Shown: one piece after another, positions 42,502 through 53,257 of the stretch
How the letters are laid out: the number at the start of each line of letters is the position of its first letter
Numbering within the stretch: position 1 is the first letter of the stretch
Notes under the pieces: model-generated
Seen by the model: the letters and a program-made list of their open reading frames with translations, nothing else
Databases searched by the model: none
What the model was told of the DNA's origin: nothing
Translations under genes and position numbers: made by a program
DNA from: Candidatus Poribacteria bacterium
GTDB lineage: Bacteria; Poribacteria; WGA-4E; WGA-3G
DNA: 64,000 nucleotides
Reading direction: 5' to 3'
Assembly: GCA_026702755.1 (NCBI GenBank)
Contig: JAPPBX010000017.1
Location: 13,743-77,742 of the forward strand

Positions 42502-44400
42502 ATGACAAACCGAGACATCAGTGTTGTGTTTCGAGCCATCGGATCCCTCTTACAGATCCGAGGTGAAAACGCATTTCGCTCGCGAATTTATGAACGGGCA
42601 GCCGATATAATTGAGGAATTCCCCGATGAACTGGCTTCTGAAGATTCCGAAGCGAGCACACTGCATTACAATAAGGAAGCGGTAGAAAAACTTCGAGCGA
42701 CACCCGGCATTGGGAAGGCGATTGAGGACAAAACCGTTGAGATGTTGGAAACTGGACGCTGCAAATTCTACGACGAACTCACAGCAGAGATGGGGACGGA
42801 AATACTCGAATTGCTTGCCCTCCGGGGCGTTGGTGTAAAAACCGTAGAGAGATTCTATCAAGAATTCGATGTCAGAAACCTTGAAGACCTCCGTGAATTG
42901 ATTGAGAGTGGACGGATTAGAAACATAAAGGGTATCGGACGGAAAACCCTTCAGATGATAACTGAGAGTTTGGCATTCCACACGGAACAGAGAAAGATGC
43001 GTCCGTTCTGGAGTATTTCGCCCACCGCCCAAGACATCTTGGATCACCTCACAGCGTTAGTAGATGACGGATGGATAAAACGCTGCCAATTCACAGGAGA
43101 TTTACGGCGGCGTGAGGAGGTCTGTCAAAGTATCGAATTGATTGTTGAATGTCAGGACGAAACAGCCTTTCAATTTGAGCATAATGCTCTGCCACCTGTG
43201 CTACAGTCAATCCTCGCGCGCCTTTCACAAGCCCGATTTAGTCTAACGGTTCTGCAACAAACATCGGACAATCTTGGTTCGCTGATACTTTTCAGAACGA
43301 AAAATAGGATTCAGTACGTGTATGACAGCGAACGCGAGGCTCTCGTTAAAAAAGAACAAGATGAGTCAACAGATGATGTACGCCACACGCTTCCTGTAAT
43401 TCAATTCTATATTGATAAAAATTTTCCTGTATCTCTCTATTTATGCACTGCTGCCACCTACGACGCCACGCTCTTCTTAACAACAGCGACTGATGCCCAC
43501 TTCAAAGCACTTCTTGACGCGGTTTCCCTGGAGTCGCCTGACTTTTGGCATGTAACACGTGATATAACAGAAGCGGGGATTTATGAGAAGTTCGGAATCT
43601 CCTATATTTTGCCGGAACTTCGACAGGACGGTGCTTCAGTCACAGCCGCTGCGGAAGGCACTTTACCAACTCTCATTGAATTCACGGATTTGCGAGGCGA
43701 CTTGCACGCACATACTGACTGGAGTGATGGACGAAATACGCTTCAAGAGATGGTGGCGGCAGCAAAAGCAGAAGGTCTCGAATACTTCGCTATTACGGAT
43801 CACTCTGTCTCTTCTATTGTTGCAAACGGTTTGGATCAGAAACGACTCCTTGAACAAGTAGAGCGAGTTCGCGAATTCGATGCGGAGGTCGAGGGTATCA
43901 CAGTGCTTGCGGGTTCTGAGGTGGATATTAGGCGATCTGGGAAACTTGATTTCCCAGATGAGATTTTAGCGCAGCTCGATATTGTCGTCGCAAGCGTTCA
44001 CAGCAATTTCACGCTCACCGAAGCAGAGATGACAAAGCGTATCATTCGTGCGATTGAGAATCCGTTCGTCAATATCATTGGTCATCCAACAGGTAGGATG
44101 CTCGGACGTAGACCGATGTATCCACTCAATCTTCAGGAAGTTATTGCGGCAGCTGCAGAAAATAAAACAGTCTTAGAGATTAACGGCTCACCAAATCGAT
44201 TGGATCTCAACCCTGAATTTGTTCAGATGGCGAAAAGCGCAGGCGTGCTATTGGCTGTCAATACCGATGCACACGGTATTCAACAGTTAGCACACCGTCA
44301 ATCTGGGTTGAATGTTGCGCGTCGCGGGTGGTTGACAAAAGACGAGGTCATCAACACTTATGCTTTAGAGGAATTGCGCGAGAAATGCGGTATTGGCTAA
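42502..44400 (+). CDS. DNA polymerase X family protein with a C-terminal PHP phosphoesterase domain
   Basis: N-terminal Pol-beta-like HhH region (FRAIGSLLQIRGENAFRSRIYERAA; LRGVGVKTVERFY). C-terminal PHP domain (DLHAHTDWSDGRNTLQEM; AITDHS; VASVHSNF; NTDAH). Confidence 0.8.
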   Translation: MTNRDISVVFRAIGSLLQIRGENAFRSRIYERAADIIEEFPDELASEDSEASTLHYNKEAVEKLRATPGIGKAIEDKTVEMLETGRCKFYDELTAEMGTEILELLALRGVGVKTVERFYQEFDVRNLEDLRELIESGRIRNIKGIGRKTLQMITESLAFHTEQRKMRPFWSISPTAQDILDHLTALVDDGWIKRCQFTGDLRRREEVCQSIELIVECQDETAFQFEHNALPPVLQSILARLSQARFSLTVLQQTSDNLGSLILFRTKNRIQYVYDSEREALVKKEQDESTDDVRHTLPVIQFYIDKNFPVSLYLCTAATYDATLFLTTATDAHFKALLDAVSLESPDFWHVTRDITEAGIYEKFGISYILPELRQDGASVTAAAEGTLPTLIEFTDLRGDLHAHTDWSDGRNTLQEMVAAAKAEGLEYFAITDHSVSSIVANGLDQKRLLEQVERVREFDAEVEGITVLAGSEVDIRRSGKLDFPDEILAQLDIVVASVHSNFTLTEAEMTKRIIRAIENPFVNIIGHPTGRMLGRRPMYPLNLQEVIAAAAENKTVLEINGSPNRLDLNPEFVQMAKSAGVLLAVNTDAHGIQQLAHRQSGLNVARRGWLTKDEVINTYALEELREKCGIG

Positions 44401-44499
44401 GCGTGGCTTTCGACTTTCAGTCTTCAGCGGTCAGTAAAGAAAATCCTGTGGTGGTTATGTTGATATACCTGCCCCAAGGCTCTGACTGACAACTGATAG

Positions 44500-46455
44500 C
44501 TACATACCTGCAAGTTGGGTCAAATGCCAATTCGGATCCACTAATGCCTCATAAACGACTCCACCTTCTACATTGTTAGGCATCGGTAATCCCAAGAGAT
44601 AACAGAGCGTCGGTGCGACATCAACGACACGAACCTGCCGCTGCAATGCAACTCCTTGCCGAACCCCTGCACCCGATAGGATAAATGTAGAGTGTTGTCC
44701 ACCGATACCGAAACTCACGGAGGGCAACTGCTTGCCGTGGGCACCGTCAAACTCAGGACGCAGCGCATAGACGACATCGCCGACTAAGTCGCCGTGTAAA
44801 TTGAACATCTCTGCATCTGCTCGCGTTACCGCTAAAGTAAAGGGGTGCCGTCCGGTTTTTTCGTCCTTGTAAGTATGCAGTGCTGCGATAAGTTCACGTT
44901 GTGTTGCTTCGTAGTCCTCAGGTGCGACGATTCCATCCGGTTCGCGTCCGGCTAAGTTAATGAAGATATGCACCAATCCGACATTGACGGCGCGGGTTTT
45001 CGTCCAATCTATCGCTCCGTTTGCATCTTTAACGATGAACCCTGTTTCCTCCAGCACGTCTTCAATGTCTACGGCACGAAATTGGTTTGGCGTGCCGCCG
45101 TGATCAGAGCAGACGAGAACGACGGTCTCTTCATCCGCCTGTTCCATCAGTCTCCCAATCATCCGATCCACAGATTTGTATGTCCGCCGCAAGCCCTCGC
45201 GACACCGGTGAATCGTCTCAGGAGCTGCGCCACTGATTTCATCTGCTTGACTCAGGAAGAAATGACTGGCGTAATCCGGTGCATGGCTCTCCACCATTAG
45301 GATGTCCCAATCGTTGTTTGTTGCGAGGTGTGTTGCCACATCCGCGAGGCGTTGGTGGTGGTAGTCTAACACCTCGAAGTAGGTATCGTCGTCCATCTGT
45401 CCAAGTGCATCGCGCGCCGGATTTTGCAGGAACGAACCGATTTCTGTGTCAATCGTGGTGGCGGCTGTATCTGGTGCTGTATATCCTTTTCTCGGCCAAA
45501 TCTGTGGTACAAAGAGTTCAAAAGCGTCCGCTGTCGGCGTGAGCGTCACGAGTTTCATTCGGACATAGCCTTCCACTTCAGCCTTATCAATTTCAAACGT
45601 ATCCAGCCACCATTCGCTCCATTCACCGACACCTAAGTCTGCAACGGAATCGTCTCCAGACCGACTTCGACAGATTCGCACTCGGTCATAACCGTTATCA
45701 CCGGAGGCATAAATCAACCCATAAAAGGGTTTTGGGACGCGTGTCTCATCGGAGGCTTCACCTTTTGCGTAGACTGAAGGCATTACATCTTCTCTACCGC
45801 GTGCTAAAGGTTGGATCGTCAGCTGAACCTCTCGCACCGGTTCTGTGGAATCAGGCACGGCTTCCCATTCACCGCTCTCAATCGGTTCAATAGTGACAGG
45901 GTCAATGTGGCGGACTCTCTGTAATGCGCTTGGATCAAGTGTCTCAGGATCGCGCTGTCCACCGATAGGACGCGCTGCCCATTTCCCTGCGACAAAGAGG
46001 TGGTAGCCAGCAACCTGATGATGGTTCGAGACCCCCGGTCCCGTTCCTTCTACCTGAATGCCGGTTTTGACGGTGGGGGGCCAGGACATTTCCCACTTCA
46101 CCAGAATCGGTTTTCCACCTACCCGTTCCACGAGATTCCAGAGATATTCGGATTGACATAAACCCGTGTTGATGCCCCACGTTGTTTTATCAAGGCGTTC
46201 TCCCAGTGCGCGGATGTTAAAGTCCATCACCCGATGTGTACCGGGCCATGAACCGGTAGAGAGTGCCGTCCACCCCGGCGGTGTCAAGGTCGGAAATACA
46301 CCGATCATCGGACGATAGACCCCTGTCTGAACCAATTTCGCCATAGAGGGTGCATGTCCCCAATCAATCATATTTTTAACCAGTTCCATGCTTGCCCCAT
46401 CCATTCCGATAACAATTGCGCGTTTTGCTGGGGCGAGCTGCGTACGTTTTGTCAT
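44500..46455 (-). CDS. Alkaline-phosphatase-superfamily enzyme (type I phosphodiesterase / nucleotide pyrophosphatase-like)
   Basis: GAAGGAG RBS then ATG (MTKRTQ). Metal-ligand motifs IVIGMDGASMELV and VLVCSDHGGTPNQ. Confidence 0.65.
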   Translation of the reverse strand: MTKRTQLAPAKRAIVIGMDGASMELVKNMIDWGHAPSMAKLVQTGVYRPMIGVFPTLTPPGWTALSTGSWPGTHRVMDFNIRALGERLDKTTWGINTGLCQSEYLWNLVERVGGKPILVKWEMSWPPTVKTGIQVEGTGPGVSNHHQVAGYHLFVAGKWAARPIGGQRDPETLDPSALQRVRHIDPVTIEPIESGEWEAVPDSTEPVREVQLTIQPLARGREDVMPSVYAKGEASDETRVPKPFYGLIYASGDNGYDRVRICRSRSGDDSVADLGVGEWSEWWLDTFEIDKAEVEGYVRMKLVTLTPTADAFELFVPQIWPRKGYTAPDTAATTIDTEIGSFLQNPARDALGQMDDDTYFEVLDYHHQRLADVATHLATNNDWDILMVESHAPDYASHFFLSQADEISGAAPETIHRCREGLRRTYKSVDRMIGRLMEQADEETVVLVCSDHGGTPNQFRAVDIEDVLEETGFIVKDANGAIDWTKTRAVNVGLVHIFINLAGREPDGIVAPEDYEATQRELIAALHTYKDEKTGRHPFTLAVTRADAEMFNLHGDLVGDVVYALRPEFDGAHGKQLPSVSFGIGGQHSTFILSGAGVRQGVALQRQVRVVDVAPTLCYLLGLPMPNNVEGGVVYEALVDPNWHLTQLAGM

Positions 46456-46693
46456 AAAAACTCCTTCTATATTGAACAACTTTAGGTATTAAAGTTCAAG
46501 TTTTGCGTCCGCAATTGGGGTGGAAAGTTGGAAGATAGGAAGGTTGGAAGATAGAGGATACGGGGTTGCCGCCAGCCTTCCTCAAAACCTGATATTGATT
46601 TCTTAATGTTGCTTAGGGCCAAAACGACTTAATCAACGATACGATCGCTGCAAGTGCCGATCCCAATGCTATCCAGATGGTAGTCTTTACGTC

Positions 46694-46914
46694 TTAGTTT
46701 GATGTCGCTTCCTGTCTTCCCTCTAATTTACCCCGAATCCATCTAACGTCCCCGTGAAGATTAGTTACATCTTTTTCTACGGCTGCTAACCTACTATTTA
46801 GTTTCTCGTTCACTTGTTCTATTCTGCCTTCTACGCGTTCTATTTTGTCTTCCACGCGTTCGGTGGTGCGCTTGAGGTCTGCAATAGCACTTAATACCCG
46901 TTCTCTGAAATCTT
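46694..46914 (-). CDS. Small coiled-coil protein (73 aa)
   Basis: AAGGAGGTG RBS then ATG (MSDQDFRERVLSAIADLKRTTERVEDKIERVEGRIEQVNEKLNSRLAAVEKDV...). Heptad-like charged pattern. Confidence 0.5.
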
Positions 46915-46987
46915 GATCTGACATGTTTTCCACCTCCTTTGCTGTATCTATTATGACATAGAAAAGAGAAAAAGTCAAATCTATCGG

Positions 46988-48481
46988 TTATGGAACACGT
47001 TGAATGTAGATGTCGTAATCTTGTCCGCGGGCATCACTCCAGACGATGATTGCTGCGTCACCATCCGTAGATACAGCTTGCGGTGTGATTTGTTCTTTTG
47101 GTGCGTGACAGACAGGGATGCCATTGATTTCCCAAAGCGGTTTCCCATCGTCATCAAGCCGTTGCGCGTAGATTGCATCTTCAGTTGAATCCCCGAAATC
47201 CTCGCGATAATCCAGCCAATAGACGATGGCTCCCCCTACCTCACTCGTGGCAACGAGTTGAGGGAGACGTTGAACGCCGGCTCCGGTACAGACAGGGACC
47301 CCGCTGTTTTGCAAAGGTGCGTTTTCTTCGTTCCACAACGCCTCACCGTTTTTGTTAATACGTTGTGCGTAGATGTCAGCGAAAATATCACGTTCATCCC
47401 ACCATGTAACGATGAAGCCACCACTCCCGTCGGGAATACAGAAGGGTTGTTGTTGATTGACGCGCAATTTGCAGATAGGGATACCGTCTTTTTCCCATAA
47501 AGCGTTCCCTTCAGGGGTTATGTGTTGTGCGTATAGCTGCGCACTTGTATAAAAGTTTGGATCATTACGATAATCCGACCAGATGAAAAACACACCACCG
47601 TTCTCGTCGCTAACGGCAGCCGGCGCGCCTTGGTTCCCGATTGCTGTGCAGATAGGAATAGGAGCGTTTTCTGTGTCGTCGGTTGAATTCCACATCAGGT
47701 TACCGTCTGCTGACAGCCGTTGTGCAAAGATATTCCAATCCGGCGTGCTGATGTCCCACCATGCGAAAATAGCACCGCCTTGTCCATCTGCGATTAGAAC
47801 CGGATCGTACTGGTCACCGTCGCCACTATAGACGGGAACACCGTTCGCTTCCCATAACGGTTTTCCAGTGCTGTCGATTCTTTGGGCATAGATATCCTGA
47901 TTGCCGTTTCGCCAATCCTCCCATGCGATAATTACGCCACCTTTACCGTCAGCAATAGCATTCAGATCGTCTTGCAGCGTTGGGTGCGTGCAGACAGGTA
48001 TACCTTCGGGATCCCACAATTTGTTGCCGTTTGCATCGATGCGCTGTGCGTAACTGTCCTGATTGCCGTGGCGGGTGTCGCCCCAAACGAGAATCGCTCC
48101 GCCCTCTGTATCTTCAACGATCAGGGGCCAACTTTGTGATGAGGGTAGGTCGCAGATCGGGATGCCGTTCGCGTTCCAATGGATATCACCTGTCGCGCTA
48201 ATCCGCTGTGCGAAAATATCGCGGTTCGCGTGTCGTGCGTCACTCCACGCCACGATAGCCCCACCTTGTGCGTCAGGGATGAGAACAGGGAAGTGTTGTT
48301 CGTTCTGTGCTGTGCATAACGCAAGGTTTTGTGTCGCTGAAGGGGACCATTCCGCCCTTGAGATTTCTACTATTAAGGTAAGCACAGAAAGGATAGTGAG
48401 AGCGAGGCATATCCAGGGCTGTAGAAGAGAAGTGTGATTTGACTTTCCGGTGTGGCACCAGGTGCTGACAGTCTCCCGCAT
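46988..48481 (-). CDS. Secreted/membrane-anchored protein with eight tandem ~54-aa repeats (consensus ...GGAIV.W.D.R.GNQDIYAQRID..G..LW..NGIPVC...)
   Basis: The likely start is the internal Met (MRETVSTW...ICLALTILSVLTLIV signal/anchor). Repeats DIFAQRISATGDIHWNANGIPIC, DSYAQRIDANGNKLWDPEGIPVC, DIYAQRIDSTGKPLWEANGVPVY, NIFAQRLSADGNLMWN, LYAQHITPEGNALWEKDGIPIC, DIYAQRINKNGEALWNEEN, AIYAQRLDDDGKPLWEINGIPVC, DIYIQRVP. Confidence 0.6.
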   Translation of the reverse strand: MRETVSTWCHTGKSNHTSLLQPWICLALTILSVLTLIVEISRAEWSPSATQNLALCTAQNEQHFPVLIPDAQGGAIVAWSDARHANRDIFAQRISATGDIHWNANGIPICDLPSSQSWPLIVEDTEGGAILVWGDTRHGNQDSYAQRIDANGNKLWDPEGIPVCTHPTLQDDLNAIADGKGGVIIAWEDWRNGNQDIYAQRIDSTGKPLWEANGVPVYSGDGDQYDPVLIADGQGGAIFAWWDISTPDWNIFAQRLSADGNLMWNSTDDTENAPIPICTAIGNQGAPAAVSDENGGVFFIWSDYRNDPNFYTSAQLYAQHITPEGNALWEKDGIPICKLRVNQQQPFCIPDGSGGFIVTWWDERDIFADIYAQRINKNGEALWNEENAPLQNSGVPVCTGAGVQRLPQLVATSEVGGAIVYWLDYREDFGDSTEDAIYAQRLDDDGKPLWEINGIPVCHAPKEQITPQAVSTDGDAAIIVWSDARGQDYDIYIQRVP

Positions 48482-48521
48482 AAACTGAAGGAGGACTGAC
48501 AACTGATGACCGACAACTATT

Positions 48522-50114
48522 TCAGATGAGCAGTTCGTCTCCAATTGGGTAGAACTGGTCTGCGATCTGTTGTAAATCCATAGAGGTGTTGTGTTCAAAA
48601 GCGACAACCTCCACCCGTTTACTCTGTTGTTTGATGAGTTCGGCAAGTGGGCAGAAATCACCATCACCACTCGCTAAGATGACGACATCCAATGAACTGA
48701 GCATTGAAACGACATCCACTGCGATACCGACATCCCAATCACCCTTTGCGGAACCGTCGCCGCGTAAGCGTAAATCTTTGCTCTTAATGGTATATCCGTT
48801 GTGTTGAAGAAGTGACAGAAAGGGAGCCTGGTCGATTTCCGGTATCTGGACAACATAAGCATAAGCACCCATAAGGTAGCGCGGACCGACGATCAGATCA
48901 AGTAGTTTGATGTAATCGACTCTTCTTCCGTACCGATCTTTGGCAGCGTAAAACATGTTTTGGACATCAACGAAGACACCAACGCGAGGTTGTTCAGTCG
49001 TTAGACTGTAGGGACTCTCACCTTCAGTGAGTTGCTGTGTATCATCTAAATAAGTGAGGGTTTGGCGAATTTGGTTCAGTGCGCTTCGCGCCCCTTGATG
49101 ACAATTTTCCAAAATGTCGAAGTGATTATCTAAAGTGGTCTGAAAGTCTTCAAGTTCTTGGTGCCCTTTATAGATTGCCTCCTCAACCAGCTTGAGGTCT
49201 GTCGTGAATGTTTCCTTGGCGGACTTAATTTGTTCGTACTCTTTCAGTTGTTCTGCCATCCGTTCCTTTTCAGCAAGGAGATGGTCGCGTTCGTTGGCAA
49301 GTTGCTGTAACTCAGTGGCATCTTCAATATACTGTGCTACCTTTTCGCGGAGTATTTGATTCTCTTGTTCGAGCGTCTTTAGCCGTTTCTCGTTTCCATT
49401 ATGCGCTTCTGCTCTCGTTTTTAGCCCTTTGTTTTCCTCTAATAGAAACGCGCGCTGTTGATTTAAGCGGTTATGCTTCTGCTCAAGCGAGGTATAGTCC
49501 GCTTTAGAGTCGGCTAACTGCTGTTCAAGGTGCCCGATCTCTGGGTCAGGTGCCTCGCTTTGTTGCTGTTCATCTTCTAAGTTGTGGGCGTACTGAGAGC
49601 CTATTTCTTCTAATTGCTCTATGCTTGAGAGGTCCACTCGTCCGTTGGTATGTACGACTTCTACAGATTCGTATGTTGTGTTGAGGAGTTTGTAGCCGTG
49701 TTCAACGACTGCGGAACGTTCATCGCTGAGAAGTGCCCAGACGACTTCGCCAAAGTCGCCGCCCTCTATGAGGACATCGGACGTTTTGAAGAACGTTTCG
49801 ATTTCGGAAATTTCCATATAGCCGACTCGTGAGATTGCATCCTGCGCCTTTTCGGTAAGGAATTGGCTGACTTGCACTTCAATTGAGACTTCGGAATTTT
49901 TTATCTCAGGTTCCGCTGTGCCAACGACGCCCAAAAATACGTCAGTTAGGTTTACAAGTAGTTCTCGTCTAGATAGCGCATACAGGCGATCCACATCAAG
50001 GACAATACCGGTAGAAGCACTTAATTGGAAGATTTCCTTTTCGTCCAGAAGTAGGTCTAAAAACCACGTAAGTTGGTCCCGCTGTATATGCAATTTTAGA
50101 TTTGGATTTGACAT
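48522..50114 (-). CDS. NYN (LabA-like) nuclease-domain protein with a long central coiled coil and an N-terminal domain of unknown function
   Basis: C-terminal NYN motifs VGVFVDVQNMFYAAKDRYGRRVDY ... GDWDVGIAVD ... VVILASGDGDFCPL. Central region rich in E/Q/L heptads (about 200 aa). Confidence 0.65.
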   Translation of the reverse strand: MSNPNLKLHIQRDQLTWFLDLLLDEKEIFQLSASTGIVLDVDRLYALSRRELLVNLTDVFLGVVGTAEPEIKNSEVSIEVQVSQFLTEKAQDAISRVGYMEISEIETFFKTSDVLIEGGDFGEVVWALLSDERSAVVEHGYKLLNTTYESVEVVHTNGRVDLSSIEQLEEIGSQYAHNLEDEQQQSEAPDPEIGHLEQQLADSKADYTSLEQKHNRLNQQRAFLLEENKGLKTRAEAHNGNEKRLKTLEQENQILREKVAQYIEDATELQQLANERDHLLAEKERMAEQLKEYEQIKSAKETFTTDLKLVEEAIYKGHQELEDFQTTLDNHFDILENCHQGARSALNQIRQTLTYLDDTQQLTEGESPYSLTTEQPRVGVFVDVQNMFYAAKDRYGRRVDYIKLLDLIVGPRYLMGAYAYVVQIPEIDQAPFLSLLQHNGYTIKSKDLRLRGDGSAKGDWDVGIAVDVVSMLSSLDVVILASGDGDFCPLAELIKQQSKRVEVVAFEHNTSMDLQQIADQFYPIGDELLI

Positions 50115-50200
50115 TGTTATGCTCCGATTTTTTACAGCAAGTTGGCCCTTTCCAGTAAAGGATAGGGACCCCGGCGTTGCGAGTTACGCCGAAATAAGAA

Positions 50201-51526
50201 TTAAATTTTAATAATTTTTTCCTGTCCTTTCTTCACACTACGCGTCGCGTTGCGCGCGTCAACAACTAATTGAGCATGTTCCACGAGCCAGCAGTAGTCT
50301 ATGACATCGTGGTCGGTTAAGATGACAACGCAATCGGCATTTTCTACCAGATCCGCTGTCAAGGGCTCCGAGTGATAGATGTTTCTGTCATCAAGAGACA
50401 GGTCTTTTACATACGGGTCATGATATAGAAAATCCGCTTTTTTGTCAAGAATTAAACGAATTACGTCAAGGGCAGGCGATTCGCGAATGTCACCGATGTC
50501 CTTTTTATAGGCGATACCTAAGATTAATAATTGTGCGCCATTCAATGGTTTGTGCTGAAGATTCAGCGCATGGATGATTTTGTCTACCACATATTTTGGC
50601 ATCTCGCTATTGATTTCAGTGGCGAGTTCGATGAATCGAGCGTGGTACTGATACATCTGTGCTTTCCAAGAGAGGTAGTGCGGATCGATCGGGATGCAGT
50701 GTCCGCCAAGCCCGGGGCCTGGGTAAAACGGCATAAATCCGAAAGGCTTCGTGGCAGCAGCGTCAACGATTTCCCAGACATCCAGATTCATCCGGTCGCA
50801 GATAAGCGCGACCTCATTGATTAAGCCGATATTGACGCTCCGGAATGTGTTTTCAAGGAGTTTCACCATTTCTGCCGTTCGGGGTGAGGATACTGTATGG
50901 GTTTTATTGATGAACTGCGCATAGAAGGTTTCAGCGACATGCGTACATTGCGGGGTAACACCGCCTATAATTTTGGGGGTGTTTGTCATGGAGTATGTAC
51001 TATTTCCCGGCTCAATACGCTCCGGCGAGAAAGCGAGATAGAAATCGCGTCCGACTTGTGTGGTGTCAGGAGATGTATCTTTACTAAAATAGGCGTTGAG
51101 TTCTGGTAGGATAATTTCTTCGGTTGTGCCGGGGTAGGTGGTGCTTTCGAGGATGACCAGTTGTTCGGGGTGCAGGTGTAGCGCGACCTGCTTTACTGCT
51201 GCAGTAATAAACTGCATATCGGGTGTTCGGTTTTCACGCAAAGGGGTCGGTACGCAGATATTGACCGTATCCAGTTCCCCAAGCACACTGAAATCTGTTG
51301 TTACCTGAATCTGTCCGGACCGAATAAGCGGCGCGAGGACTTCATTGGTGACATCAGGCACATCGGAGATGCCCTGTTTCAATCGTTCTATTTTTTCTGA
51401 ACAGATGTCAATACCTGTAGCTCGGAACCCCGCGCGTGCAATAGCAACCGTAAGTGGCAGTCCGACATATCCAAGTCCGATAACGCCAGCGCGAGCTGTC
51501 CGGGTTTCTATCTTTTCAAGAATCAT
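50201..51526 (-). CDS. Nucleotide-sugar dehydrogenase (UDP-glucose / UDP-N-acetyl-mannosamine dehydrogenase family)
   Basis: N-terminal Rossmann motif AGVIGLGYVGLPLTVAIA. Three-domain length of 441 aa. Catalytic Cys region (GGHCIPIDP). Confidence 0.8.
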   Translation of the reverse strand: MILEKIETRTARAGVIGLGYVGLPLTVAIARAGFRATGIDICSEKIERLKQGISDVPDVTNEVLAPLIRSGQIQVTTDFSVLGELDTVNICVPTPLRENRTPDMQFITAAVKQVALHLHPEQLVILESTTYPGTTEEIILPELNAYFSKDTSPDTTQVGRDFYLAFSPERIEPGNSTYSMTNTPKIIGGVTPQCTHVAETFYAQFINKTHTVSSPRTAEMVKLLENTFRSVNIGLINEVALICDRMNLDVWEIVDAAATKPFGFMPFYPGPGLGGHCIPIDPHYLSWKAQMYQYHARFIELATEINSEMPKYVVDKIIHALNLQHKPLNGAQLLILGIAYKKDIGDIRESPALDVIRLILDKKADFLYHDPYVKDLSLDDRNIYHSEPLTADLVENADCVVILTDHDVIDYCWLVEHAQLVVDARNATRSVKKGQEKIIKI

Positions 51527-52082
51527 TTTTTAGTAGCCAGCACGTTGCTGCGTAAACATTTGTGAAAATTTTTTCGGGGCGGTCCCCATTCTGATCCGTC
51601 CGTCTAATATAGTGGTAATAACTCTCCTGTCCAAGTCCAGTTAAAACGAGAAATGTTGTGGCTCCGACGCTTTGCCCTGCTTCAATATCTGTCGTTGTAT
51701 CGCCGATCAAGTAAGCATCTGACAGTTTGATATTGTGTTCGCGTGCAGCGCGTGTTAGCATACCGGGCTTCGGTTTTCGGCACTCACACCCCGCCTCAGG
51801 GTGGTGTGGACAATAATAAACAGCACTAACTATTCCACCTGCCTTGTTAATTTCAGCGAGCATCCGTGTGTGAATATCTGTCAAATCCTCTTCTGAGTAG
51901 AGACCTCTTCCAATTCCTGATTGATTCGTTACCACGATGATGCGATAACCGCTTTCTGTTAATTCTCGGATCGCTTTCCGGGCGTTCGGAATAAAGGTGA
52001 ATTCTGTCCATTTTCGGACGTAACCTTTATTCGCGGGGTTCCGATTGATAACGCCGTCCCGATCCAGAAAGACAGTTTTCAT
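51516..52082 (-). CDS. gmhB: D-glycero-beta-D-manno-heptose-1,7-bisphosphate 7-phosphatase (HAD family)
   Basis: VFLDRDGVIN and YYCPHHPEAGCECRKPKPGML signatures. Overlaps the upstream dehydrogenase gene by 11 nt. Confidence 0.8.
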   Translation of the reverse strand: MKTVFLDRDGVINRNPANKGYVRKWTEFTFIPNARKAIRELTESGYRIIVVTNQSGIGRGLYSEEDLTDIHTRMLAEINKAGGIVSAVYYCPHHPEAGCECRKPKPGMLTRAAREHNIKLSDAYLIGDTTTDIEAGQSVGATTFLVLTGLGQESYYHYIRRTDQNGDRPEKIFTNVYAATCWLLKNDS

Positions 52083-52219
52083 TTTTTAATTTTACCTTGC
52101 GGAGAAACGACGTAACTTTGAACCTTTGACGCGCATTCCTTAAATCTGAAGAAACACCGGATTTAGTCTGGGGATAGACTAAATCCATTCCTTAGTATTA
52201 CATTGCAAAAACCTCTCCA

Positions 52220-53257
52220 TTACATTTCAGAAACAGATTCCACGGTCTCAATTGCACTTAGCAGTTCCTTTGGTGTAACGGTCGCACATCCCATCTTACC
52301 GACGGCAATTCCACCGGCGAGGCTGGACAATAGCGCAGCACTCCGAAATTCTGCATCTGCCGCGAGTGCAAGCGTGAAAACAGCAACGACAGTGTCCCCT
52401 GCACCTGTTACATCCGTCACGACACTTGAATTCGGGGGTAAATGCTCCACTTTGACTGCGCCATCCGACTTGCGCTGGAAAAGGGACATCCCCTTTGCAT
52501 CGCGCGTAATTAACAATGCTTTGAGCGATAACTGATTTAAGATCTTCTCACCGACAGCAACAAGATGTGGCACATCCGTGATTTCTTCATGGACCGCGGT
52601 ACCCGCTTCCTCGTGATTCGGCGTGACGGCAGTTATCCCTTCATAGTGCCAAAAGTTGTTTTGCTTCGGATCGGCTATAATCGGTATACCATACGACTGG
52701 GCATGTTTCATCACACCTTTGATGAGTTGGGCATTCACAACTCCCTTGTCGTAGTCCGCGAAGATAATTGCATCACTCGTTGGCAATTGAGAAACGACTG
52801 TGTCCAATAGACGCTCTTGCATCCGGGAAGAGATTTCCTGTTTGGATTCCCTGTCAATGCGCAGCAGATGGTGTCCCGAATCCGACGCGCAATCTGTAAG
52901 AGGCAGCGTGGCACGGGCAATCACACGCGTTTTCGTGCTTGTCGGTCGGTCGGCATCAATACAGACCTTGGTGGTAACGAGATTCGTTTCGGTTAGCATC
53001 TGGACCAACTTTTCGCCTTCTGTGTCCTTACCGATGACACCGACCAAGATGGCGTTGCCGCCTAAACTTGCGACGTTCTTTGCGACATTCGCAGCACCAC
53101 CACATCCGGTCTCTTCTGTCTTCGTTTCAAACACTGGCACAGGGGCTTCGGGCGAAATCCGCTGCACATCGCCCCAGATATATTTGTCCACGATGACATC
53201 GCCGATGATCATTACCCGTTGGTCTTGAAGTTGTTTAAAAACGGCTTTTAAATTCAC
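52220..53257 (-). CDS. rfaE: PfkB-family sugar kinase, RfaE/HldE domain-I type (D-glycero-beta-D-manno-heptose-7-phosphate kinase)
   Basis: VMIIGDVIVDKYIWGDVQRISPEAPVPV N-terminus and VTDVTGAGDTVVAV (DTxGAGD) motif. Kinase domain only (345 aa). Confidence 0.7.
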   Translation of the reverse strand: MNLKAVFKQLQDQRVMIIGDVIVDKYIWGDVQRISPEAPVPVFETKTEETGCGGAANVAKNVASLGGNAILVGVIGKDTEGEKLVQMLTETNLVTTKVCIDADRPTSTKTRVIARATLPLTDCASDSGHHLLRIDRESKQEISSRMQERLLDTVVSQLPTSDAIIFADYDKGVVNAQLIKGVMKHAQSYGIPIIADPKQNNFWHYEGITAVTPNHEEAGTAVHEEITDVPHLVAVGEKILNQLSLKALLITRDAKGMSLFQRKSDGAVKVEHLPPNSSVVTDVTGAGDTVVAVFTLALAADAEFRSAALLSSLAGGIAVGKMGCATVTPKELLSAIETVESVSEM

